NCBI GenBank assembly: GCA_028286645.1
Contig: JAQBRF010000002.1
Location: forward strand, 58,518 to 122,517
Length of the DNA stretch: 64,000 nt
Reading direction: 5' to 3'
Source of the DNA: Candidatus Nomurabacteria bacterium
Lineage (GTDB): Bacteria; Patescibacteriota; Minisyncoccia; Phycocordibacterales; UBA5272
A program made the position numbers and the translations under genes. The notes beneath the pieces are model-generated. The model was given only the letters and a program-made list of their open reading frames with translations. It was not told the origin of the DNA and did no database searches. Numbering within the stretch: the stretch's first letter is position 1; the number at the start of each line of letters is the position of its first letter. Shown here in pieces: positions 56,000-64,000 of the stretch.

Positions 56000-56994
56000 G
56001 TGCCTCCTTTTAATTGTGTAAAGCAGGCATTTAAATCGCAAGCGTAATTCTTTACCGCACACATACTATACGACCCAGTGCCCGGATTTATGGGGCATGC
56101 CCACTTTGGGATGCTAGAGGAAAACCCAGAAGACTCATTACAGTCTCGACTTGCCGCATTTGGGTTATCTCCATTTCCACAACAGTTGTAAGCGGCAAAC
56201 ACTCCAGCAAGTGGAGGTACTCCGGGGTACACTTGTTTTGCCGTGGTTAATTTTTCTTTAATTTTAGAAACACCAAGAGATATGTTTGTGCGAGGGTCTA
56301 ATATATTAGGAGTGCATGCTCCGCTTTGGTTTACCTGCATTAGTCCGCAGTTTGTCGTGCCGTTGTCATTTATCGCGCTTGGAGGAGGGTTCACAACTCC
56401 ATGGGACTCTCTGCACATAATTACAATGGTAAGGGCTGGATCTACTCCTACACGGTTGGATTCTTGATTAATAATATCTAAATACTGCTGGTAGTTGCAT
56501 CCAGCAAGCGCTGAGCACTGCGCTCCCCTGCAAACATTTCCACTTGATAAAGATGAGATTGCAGATTGAGTGTCGGTGCAAGATTTAGAGTTTGTGATTG
56601 AAGACACTTGAGTCGGAACAACATTCGTCAAACTCCCCCCCGCTGCCACCCCTGCCCTTGCTGCACGCAGCCCAGTTAATCCAATATCCCCCAGTAATAA
56701 ATCTTTGTTAAATGAGTAAAGAAGAGGAAATAGTAAAAATACCCCCAGAAGTCCGAGGATCACCCTTTTAAACTCAGCATTAGACTTGCTAATAGCCTGT
56801 TCAGATGCTGCCAGTCTAATTACTCCAGCGTGTCCAAACATAACAAATCCTGCCGTAGCTAAGATTACAAATGAAAGCATTAATAAGAAGCTGGTAGAAG
56901 CATAGAAAGATGGAGCTGAAGCATTAAAATTAGGATTTTGTATTCCTAGGGCTTTAGAGGCGGTGGACTCGAGAAGGGTATAAGATGTCGCCAT
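55996..56994 (-). CDS. Pilin-like TM hairpin fused to a lytic transglycosylase (SLT, VirB1-like) domain
   Basis: GVDPAL...IMCRES, GLMQV, DPRTNI..G, AAYN; N-terminal pilin-like hydrophobic pair. Confidence 0.7.
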   Translation of the reverse strand: MATSYTLLESTASKALGIQNPNFNASAPSFYASTSFLLMLSFVILATAGFVMFGHAGVIRLAASEQAISKSNAEFKRVILGLLGVFLLFPLLYSFNKDLLLGDIGLTGLRAARAGVAAGGSLTNVVPTQVSSITNSKSCTDTQSAISSLSSGNVCRGAQCSALAGCNYQQYLDIINQESNRVGVDPALTIVIMCRESHGVVNPPPSAINDNGTTNCGLMQVNQSGACTPNILDPRTNISLGVSKIKEKLTTAKQVYPGVPPLAGVFAAYNCCGNGDNPNAASRDCNESSGFSSSIPKWACPINPGTGSYSMCAVKNYACDLNACFTQLKGGT

Positions 56995-56995
56995 G

Positions 56996-57964
56996 CTATT
57001 TACGGGTATCAAATATTAAGTCAATGCTAGTTTCTGCCTTCTGCAGGTTCCTTTTTATATTTGAAATAGAAATTGCTAGATTTTTTGCTCCGTAACTATT
57101 TTCGGCCGGGCTAAGTGAAAGCAGTCTGCCACCTATCGGAGTTATAGGAAGCCCGTCTAGCAACCAATCGTCAACCTCTCCACCAGAAGCTACTCCTTTG
57201 GTAGATAAATAGTATGGCTCTAAGGCTAATGTGAAATCTTTCGTCGTTTCAAAACGCCTTTCGATCATTCTAGAGTAATCAACTCCTAAAATATCGTCAT
57301 ATGTATAAAGAGCGGGGATTATATCGTGCGGGTAAACGGTAATACTTTTCTGAGAGGATAATCCTCCAGGTGAAGACACTGCCACCTTTATTATATTTGC
57401 ATCATTTAAATAGTCTAATTTAAGCGATACAGATTGCTTCCCTAAGCCTGAAGCACTGCTAAGGAGCTCATCATTTAGATACCACGAGTATGAGAGGCGG
57501 TTTCTTGAAACAAGGGCGCCACCTTCGCTAATGTTGGGGATGGCCACCACCCGAATCCCTGCCCCTTCTCCTGGTAAAGACCTGCCGTCGTAAAAAAGTG
57601 GAACCTCGCTCTCGGGAGATTCAAAAAGCAAGTCAATAGAAGAGGGAACAATTGTAACTGATGTACTAAGGGTCGATCCGTCAGGGGCGACAACAGAAGC
57701 AGTTACTGTGGTTTGAGTGCCGAGTCCTCCAGTTTTAATAGTAAGATTTTTTGCTCCTAATCCGGAAAGAGTGGTTTTCCCCGAAACAATCCAAGTAATA
57801 TTAGAAGTATTTACATCAAAAGAATAACTGCTTAAAGTTAAATTAACTGATGAGTTAGGAGTAGGGTTAGACGGGCTTATGTTAATTGTCGCTTCAATTT
57901 CTCCAAAAGAAACAGACAATGTGCTTACAAAAATGGAAAGGATTAATAATATTTTTAATTTCAT
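56996..57964 (-). CDS. Secreted Ig-like protein
   Basis: Signal peptide; beta-rich repeats (ITW, YSWYLN). Confidence 0.6.
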   Translation of the reverse strand: MKLKILLILSIFVSTLSVSFGEIEATINISPSNPTPNSSVNLTLSSYSFDVNTSNITWIVSGKTTLSGLGAKNLTIKTGGLGTQTTVTASVVAPDGSTLSTSVTIVPSSIDLLFESPESEVPLFYDGRSLPGEGAGIRVVAIPNISEGGALVSRNRLSYSWYLNDELLSSASGLGKQSVSLKLDYLNDANIIKVAVSSPGGLSSQKSITVYPHDIIPALYTYDDILGVDYSRMIERRFETTKDFTLALEPYYLSTKGVASGGEVDDWLLDGLPITPIGGRLLSLSPAENSYGAKNLAISISNIKRNLQKAETSIDLIFDTRK

Positions 57965-59778
57965 ACACCTTTTGCTTTTTCTGCCTCTTCCTTCATTGCT
58001 TTTATTTGTAATAATTGAGAAGGGTCGCTTGTGATTATTTGATCTTCAGTATAAGACGCTACGACTTTTATGGCTACATGTTTAAGTCCGGCGAAAAAGA
58101 TTCCCTCCCCCACTCCAGACTCTAAGAGTAAAAACTTTTCTTCATCAGTTAAGTTAAATGTTTTCTGAACCATATCAATTGACGACGGGGATTGCTTTAA
58201 TAGAAGCTGGATAGACGAGTTTGTGATAATTGGCAATCCATATGGAGACTTAAGGAAGTCCCCTACGTCTTGCGTAATGGTGGCAAGTCCTAAATAATAC
58301 TTTCTACCACGCTTTGCAAGCCCGAATAAAAATGATGCTGTGTCATCGTTTTTCATCATGATCCACGCTTCGTCCACCACAAGCAATCTCTTCTTTATAT
58401 CTTTTCTTACCGCATTCCATATGTAGTGAGTAATTATATACATGGCAACCGGCTTTAATTCCTCTTCCATGTCTCGAATGGAGAAACAGACAAGCTTTTT
58501 ATTTATATCCACATTCGATGGCTGGTTAATAAATCCAGCCCATGTTCCCTTGGTGTACTTGGAAAGCCTTGCCTGAAGATCTTCTGATCCGGTGATTCCT
58601 CCAAGCACTGTTTCAAAGTCGGATAGTAATGGCGGTTCAAGCTGGGTAAAATCATTGTCCCCTGAAATATCTTTTAAAGCATATGTCTCTGTAATTGCTT
58701 GGTCTACAATTGCGTCTTCTTCTGGCGTAAGCCCTCCTAACATGACCCGGAAAAGCCCAACAAGGTTTACGATGTTTGAGCGAAGCACCTCAGAGGGAGA
58801 TTCATCCTCTCCTGGGTGTGGCAAATCGAATGGATTAATATGGTGTTCCGAAGTTAGAGAGATATCGAAATATCTTCCTCCGACAGATTCTGCTAGATAT
58901 TCATACTCTCTTTCCGGGTCGATAATGATCACCTCGGTATCGAACATAAGAGTTCTAAGAATCTCAAGTTTGGCCATATAGCTTTTTCCTGATCCTGACT
59001 TGGCAAATATAATGGAGTTGTAGTTTTCCAGCGAGAAACGGTCAAAAAGAATCAAGCTTCCGTTGTGCCTGTTTAATCCGTACAAAATTCCCTTGTCTGA
59101 TGAAAGATCAAATGAAACGAAAGGAAAGAACGAGGAAAGTGGCGAGGTATTTAGTTTATTTTTTATTCCCAGAAGGTCCTCTCCCACGGGAAGAGTAGAA
59201 ATAAAACCAGTATCTTGCTGGAAAAGGGCTGGTTTAACATATACAAGCTTGCTTTCAAGAATGTTTTTTATTTCATTTTCCACTTTGTTTAGCTCCTCCT
59301 CGGATCCTCCATAAAGAGTTATATAAAGAGAAACTTCAAACATCTTTTCTTGAGCTTGGGTCAGTCCATCCCGTAGATCTTCTAAATCCTTGTACGCTAC
59401 ATCTAGTGTGGGATCTCGCACTAGCCCCTTTTCCTCTCTTGTCATTATTTGGCTCTCGACCTCTGCTACTTTTCTCTGGAATTTTTTCATTACGTCTCCT
59501 GTGTCCAGCGGATTTACATGTATTGCCACATCAAAAACTTTGTCTAGGTTTATTATCGGGCTTAACCAATTATCAGTTAAGTATCTGGGATAAGAAATTA
59601 CAAAGTATGAGCGCACGACGTTTGTCCCTAAGTTTAAAGACTTAGGCTGAACTCCAAGAGCGCTCGGAGCTAAGATGTCTTTTAGCTGCATTTCCGCAAC
59701 CTTATATACCTGGTCTGGCAAAATCGGAGCGACAGCGGATGTTATTTTCTTAGCGTGTAAAAAATCAAATAATCCCAT
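57961..59778 (-). CDS. VirB4-like ATPase
   Basis: FAKSGSGKSY, IIDPEREY, INPFD, LVVDEAW, RGRKY, ITQ. Confidence 0.9.
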   Translation of the reverse strand: MGLFDFLHAKKITSAVAPILPDQVYKVAEMQLKDILAPSALGVQPKSLNLGTNVVRSYFVISYPRYLTDNWLSPIINLDKVFDVAIHVNPLDTGDVMKKFQRKVAEVESQIMTREEKGLVRDPTLDVAYKDLEDLRDGLTQAQEKMFEVSLYITLYGGSEEELNKVENEIKNILESKLVYVKPALFQQDTGFISTLPVGEDLLGIKNKLNTSPLSSFFPFVSFDLSSDKGILYGLNRHNGSLILFDRFSLENYNSIIFAKSGSGKSYMAKLEILRTLMFDTEVIIIDPEREYEYLAESVGGRYFDISLTSEHHINPFDLPHPGEDESPSEVLRSNIVNLVGLFRVMLGGLTPEEDAIVDQAITETYALKDISGDNDFTQLEPPLLSDFETVLGGITGSEDLQARLSKYTKGTWAGFINQPSNVDINKKLVCFSIRDMEEELKPVAMYIITHYIWNAVRKDIKKRLLVVDEAWIMMKNDDTASFLFGLAKRGRKYYLGLATITQDVGDFLKSPYGLPIITNSSIQLLLKQSPSSIDMVQKTFNLTDEEKFLLLESGVGEGIFFAGLKHVAIKVVASYTEDQIITSDPSQLLQIKAMKEEAEKAKGV

Positions 59779-59780
59779 GG

Positions 59781-60413
59781 TTATAATGTTTGTATCTTAG
59801 GTGCGGCTCTGTCCTGCTCTCCTGGATTAAAAAGTTTATAAAACAACTCAACCACCTCTTCAGTTCCTAGCTTTTGAGATCGAAGCCCGAATCGTGAAAG
59901 GCCTTGCATAACCGTTGAAACTCTTTGTTCTAGCTGAATTCTGGAGGTCTCAAATTGAGATGCATCACTTTTTGGAGCCCCGCTAATATTAAATGAAAAA
60001 GATGAGCCTTTAGAACCCCCCCCGCTGCTTTGAGAATAAGGAATAACAATAAAAAAGTGCTTAGTCATTATATTCGTCTCCTCGGTAAACTTATTAATGA
60101 ATCCCATGTATTCGTTAATTTGGATTTTTAAGAGATCTTCTTTTATTTCTTTGCTTCGTTCTTCCAACAAATCAATGTATGGCTTAATGTTGAGTCGTCT
60201 TGATTGTATAAAGAATTGTATTGGAAAATCCAGAGTATTTAAAAGATTTTGGAATTGAAGGAGTGTGGCCCGCTGCTCGTCTTCGCTTTTCAAAGCCAGA
60301 TTCAAAGAGCTAGTTATAAGAATGGATCTGAGCTCCCCTCCTTTTAGTTCGATAATTCCGTCTCGGACTCGTTCAATGGGAACAAAGTCCTGCGTTGCTA
60401 CACCTTTTGCCAT
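59781..60413 (-). CDS. VirB4-associated (TraC/TrsD-like) protein
   Basis: TQDFVPI..VRDG, NLALKSEDEQ, LFYKLFNP; sits between the PrgI-like and VirB4 genes. Confidence 0.65.
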   Translation of the reverse strand: MAKGVATQDFVPIERVRDGIIELKGGELRSILITSSLNLALKSEDEQRATLLQFQNLLNTLDFPIQFFIQSRRLNIKPYIDLLEERSKEIKEDLLKIQINEYMGFINKFTEETNIMTKHFFIVIPYSQSSGGGSKGSSFSFNISGAPKSDASQFETSRIQLEQRVSTVMQGLSRFGLRSQKLGTEEVVELFYKLFNPGEQDRAAPKIQTL

Positions 60414-60436
60414 ATAACTTCTAGTATACAGTAGAA

Positions 60437-60877
60437 TTATTTGATCCCTCCTTCATCCTGTGGGTTGCGATCAAGAACATCAAGTCCTAGCGATATATCA
60501 TGAAGCTTGTCCCTCTTCGCTTTTGAGAGAAGTATCTCTTTTGTGGTGTCTGTTACAACTTTATCAATATGCTCTTCTATTTTTTGGTTTTTCCCATCGG
60601 GCTGCTTCCAGGTATAAATTTTTACCCCCGTGTAGTAAGAAAAGGCACTTTCTAGTATTTCTCCAAAAGTTCTATTGTTTACTTTTACAAAAGCCAGGGC
60701 AAGAAAAAGTCCCGCAACGGGAATTATTACAATAACAGCAATTGTTTTTATGGGGATGAAGGTCCAAATAAGGAAGGAAAACCCGCCAGCACCAAGCAAA
60801 TATCCAAATTGCTTTAAAGTAAAAGGCCCGATAACCTTATCTTCCACGTCAATGAATTGTGGTACGCGAAATTGCAT
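60437..60877 (-). CDS. PrgI family protein (VirB3-like)
   Basis: MQFRVPQFIDVEDKVIGPFTLKQF plus two TM. Confidence 0.85.
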   Translation of the reverse strand: MQFRVPQFIDVEDKVIGPFTLKQFGYLLGAGGFSFLIWTFIPIKTIAVIVIIPVAGLFLALAFVKVNNRTFGEILESAFSYYTGVKIYTWKQPDGKNQKIEEHIDKVVTDTTKEILLSKAKRDKLHDISLGLDVLDRNPQDEGGIK

Positions 60878-60895
60878 ATTAAGTAAAGTATATCA

Positions 60896-61651
60896 CTAGA
60901 CCTCTTCCGCAACCTCCCGGTAAGGGTCTACGTTGTATTTGGTAGGGGCTTTGCTATATGACGCAGACTTTAATTTAGCGTCTACCACTTTATTGCCATC
61001 ATCTCCAAACATATAATTTTCTAGGGTTACGTTGTTGTCTAAGGTATTCTCCCCTTCTTTTTTCTCCGCATCTATTTTATTTATCTGCTCTTTTATATGA
61101 TTTAGCCGCGCATCGACTTCTTCGTCTTTTGGAATAGAGCCAATTAGCTGGAGCTGTTCTAAAAGCTGAGATCTGGATCCTGGCGTTAAAACTGTTGTTT
61201 TCTTTGCCTGAGGATTGGGATTAGGATTATTTGGTTTAACAGCCTCGCGATTCGTGTTATCTAAAATTTCTTTTCTTAACTCATCAGGGGATCTCACGCC
61301 CTCAAATACTAATGTTTTAATCTCAGGATTGGTTCCTTTCCCGAGAATGGATATGCGGGCTTTTTCTAAAATGCTTTTATCCAAGTCCCCAGCGAGGTTC
61401 CGGGCATCATCCGGCGACATTTTTAAAATTTCTTCAAGAGCCCTCATCACATCCGACGGCTGCAGGGCCCCAATTAAGATAAACGAAATTATGTTTGATA
61501 AAGGCACATAAGACGTCATCGGAAGTTTATAAATCTTTCCTAGAGTCGCCGTTACCGAATTTATTTCACCGCTAGAAAGCATCCCCTGTATTTCAGGGCT
61601 TGCTTGATTTATCAGCTCATCAATGTTTGTCGCTATATAGGAGAGGTTCAT
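60896..61651 (-). CDS. Hypothetical protein
   Basis: 251 aa ORF ending Y.VDPYRE. Confidence 0.65.
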   Translation of the reverse strand: MNLSYIATNIDELINQASPEIQGMLSSGEINSVTATLGKIYKLPMTSYVPLSNIISFILIGALQPSDVMRALEEILKMSPDDARNLAGDLDKSILEKARISILGKGTNPEIKTLVFEGVRSPDELRKEILDNTNREAVKPNNPNPNPQAKKTTVLTPGSRSQLLEQLQLIGSIPKDEEVDARLNHIKEQINKIDAEKKEGENTLDNNVTLENYMFGDDGNKVVDAKLKSASYSKAPTKYNVDPYREVAEEV

Positions 61652-61652
61652 G

Positions 61653-64000
61653 TTATGCGGCTTTCTTTAAATCATCTTCATCCGGATGAGAGGCTGCCGC
61701 TCCTGTGGTAGGAGGTTCATCTGCCGGGTGTACGGCTACTGGAGGAGGTGGTGGTGGAGGTGGAGGCGGGGTATCGCGACGCGGCGCGTCAACATTCTTT
61801 ATAGGAACTCCTTGTCTCATAAATGCCGGAGTATCGAGATTCGCCCCCGCTGATCTCTCGGCATGAGTTTGAATTGCAGGGTCCTTTTTGTTTTCAGCGC
61901 GTCTTGCAGCGGCCTCAGCGGCAAGAGTCTGAAGATCTTTATTCATGTCGGTGGGAGTAAGGGTTTCTGAATGAGTTGGAGTGGATGTGACTTGTGGTTC
62001 TGGGGGTTCAACATTTAGCGGATTAGTCAGCGGGGTAACGGGCTCAGTCGCTTTACCTGTCAGAGCGTCAGCGAGATTTTGCTGGGATTCCGCCATTTTT
62101 CTATTTGTTTCCCTATCTTGTTGCCTCTCACTTTCTTTTATTTTTTCTTTCTGTTCTGAATAAGCAAGTTTGGCATCCTGTTTTAATAGTTTATCTCGCG
62201 TCTCCTGATCTTGAGAATCGAAAAACTTTTGACGCTCTTGCTCTTCTAGTGACTGATATTCTGACGTGGCTTTGCCCCGGCCTGATTTTATGGAATCTTT
62301 AAGTTTTTGTCTTAGGTCTGGTCTTCCCAATAGAACTCCACCCGCTCTGTTTACGTATCTGGTTATCTGGGGGTCCATGGATTCATCCACATCCCCTTTT
62401 CGATGGAGCAGATCTCCGTTCTGATCATAAACATTTCTTTGGAACTTCCTTTTGAAATCTAACTCTTCTACTTTCTCTGTATCCCGCGCTTCTCTTGCTT
62501 TTTCAAACCCTAATTTTCTACCTTCTCCCATTCCCATTCCGACATTTTTTAAATTTCCCCCAATAAGTTGAGTATTTCTTGCATCAAAAGAGCTGTTGGC
62601 AAGGGAATTGCTCATAGAGTACAAATTTTTTCCTATAAATGAGTCGCGGTTATTTCTCATCCATGTACTATCTCTTAGTGCCATTGCACGATTTCCTATA
62701 GTTCCACGTGCTAGTAGACCCGCCCCACCGGTTGCCACCCCTAGTCCGAACCCACCCACTTTGCCCATAAAGTTTGTCGCCATATTTCCCGCCTCCCCTC
62801 CTATCTTTTTCGTGACTTTATACATTATATGTAGCATGACCAACATCATAAGGGTATTAAAGAACACTTGGGCGTTCCCACCGATCCCATTTTTAAATGC
62901 TCCGCCAGGAGACTGGAAAACTTCTAAGAACTTTAGAGTGAGTGCAAACATAATCATAAATACAGGTGCGACGGCGAGTTGTTCGAAATAAAGCTTTCTC
63001 ATCTTTACGGCAGCATCTCCAAGCCAAGGGACTACAGCGTCTACAAATAAGAGGGGCGATGCAATAGTAAGGAATACCAGTATCGCCGTTCTCACCACCA
63101 ACATAAGAGAAATCATAAATAAAATGAAAGCCGCGTATAATACATAAGCAGTTACCATAAGTGCGCCAGGAGTGCTATTTGTATCTGTTATGTCTTTTGC
63201 GTTACCGGGTTTATTTGTAACTCCGGAAATCATATTACTTAAGCCAAGCCTGTTTACGATAAGAGTTCCAGGGGTGCTTTGCCCAGAACCATTAACTAAA
63301 TTCCCCATACTTCCTCCTAGTGCGTCTGACCCCACCGCTCCAGCATAAACATTTAAAGCTATGACATTAGAAACATCGATGGGTATCCGAGAAATCGGAT
63401 ATGATAAGTTAACGAAAAGAGCGTATATCACCACCCATGGAATATATTTCGCGAACTTATCATCTTTTCCGATAATATAAAGAAACCCTAAGTAAAGACC
63501 GGCAAATAAAATTACTACATTTAAAGCTTGTCTAACTACTAACCAGGCAGTATATAATGAGTCTGGTGCCCAGGAAGAAAAATTTAATATTCCTAACTGC
63601 ACTCCTAAATTAAATATGTTGGCTGATAACCATAAAAGAAACGTAGCAATAGGTAAAAGAGTGTGTTTTATTACCCAGGAAATCAACGAATCCATACAAC
63701 CCGCTAAATTTCCATCAAAAAGATTACATAGTGATACATCTTTACTCTGGTTGTCAGCGGTTTGAGCAAGGGTTGTAGCAGTTTTATTGGCAGAATTATT
63801 CAAATTCTGATTATATTGGTCCCTACTTATTTCGCCTCTTTCCAATTTAACTCGATTATCGGCGGCATTTAACTGGTCTGTTGCTAGTATTTTTGCTTGT
63901 ATTGCAGAGTTTTTTATTCCCGGGTCTACTTCTCCCGTGGACCCTTCGCCAACAGGCGTGGGGGTACTGCTAGTATTAATAATATCGTCTAAGTAAGCTA
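61653..64000 (-). CDS. VirB6/TrbL-like multi-TM protein with a Pro-rich tail (5' end beyond the window)
   Basis: AW.VVR..LN, VN.S..I.R..ID.SN, R..IL..L.I.SPL; the frame stays open to the window edge. Confidence 0.7.
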   Translation of the reverse strand, partial: AYLDDIINTSSTPTPVGEGSTGEVDPGIKNSAIQAKILATDQLNAADNRVKLERGEISRDQYNQNLNNSANKTATTLAQTADNQSKDVSLCNLFDGNLAGCMDSLISWVIKHTLLPIATFLLWLSANIFNLGVQLGILNFSSWAPDSLYTAWLVVRQALNVVILFAGLYLGFLYIIGKDDKFAKYIPWVVIYALFVNLSYPISRIPIDVSNVIALNVYAGAVGSDALGGSMGNLVNGSGQSTPGTLIVNRLGLSNMISGVTNKPGNAKDITDTNSTPGALMVTAYVLYAAFILFMISLMLVVRTAILVFLTIASPLLFVDAVVPWLGDAAVKMRKLYFEQLAVAPVFMIMFALTLKFLEVFQSPGGAFKNGIGGNAQVFFNTLMMLVMLHIMYKVTKKIGGEAGNMATNFMGKVGGFGLGVATGGAGLLARGTIGNRAMALRDSTWMRNNRDSFIGKNLYSMSNSLANSSFDARNTQLIGGNLKNVGMGMGEGRKLGFEKAREARDTEKVEELDFKRKFQRNVYDQNGDLLHRKGDVDESMDPQITRYVNRAGGVLLGRPDLRQKLKDSIKSGRGKATSEYQSLEEQERQKFFDSQDQETRDKLLKQDAKLAYSEQKEKIKESERQQDRETNRKMAESQQNLADALTGKATEPVTPLTNPLNVEPPEPQVTSTPTHSETLTPTDMNKDLQTLAAEAAARRAENKKDPAIQTHAERSAGANLDTPAFMRQGVPIKNVDAPRRDTPPPPPPPPPPVAVHPADEPPTTGAAASHPDEDDLKKAA

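Overview
AT-rich chromosomal segment of a small-genome bacterium, most consistent with Patescibacteria/CPR (Parcubacteria-like), standard genetic code. The right half holds the replication-origin region (dnaN-oriC-dnaA, rpmH-rnpA-yidC), a VirB4/PrgI/VirB6-like secretion cluster, and housekeeping genes (polA, ruvA/B/C, tyrS, murE, murI, mutM, rplS, rpsT). Seven tRNA genes are present. The first ~14 kb, downstream of tRNA-His, is an array of small, mostly co-oriented accessory genes. Most carry their own leaderless promoter (TATACT 6-7 nt before ATG). They are separated by shared modular intergenic repeats and by repeated, degenerate copies of the tRNA-His 3' end; near the tRNA these copies read into what look like recombinase C-terminal tails. 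No intact integrase is in the window. This looks like a tRNA-anchored, integron-like gene-cassette array. Several tRNAs are also followed by a shared structured element bracketed by copies of their own 3' ends. Other oddities are GC-rich single-gene islets with their own promoter, SD and terminator, and two candidate ncRNAs. All calls are by eye from sequence motifs; no database searches were run.
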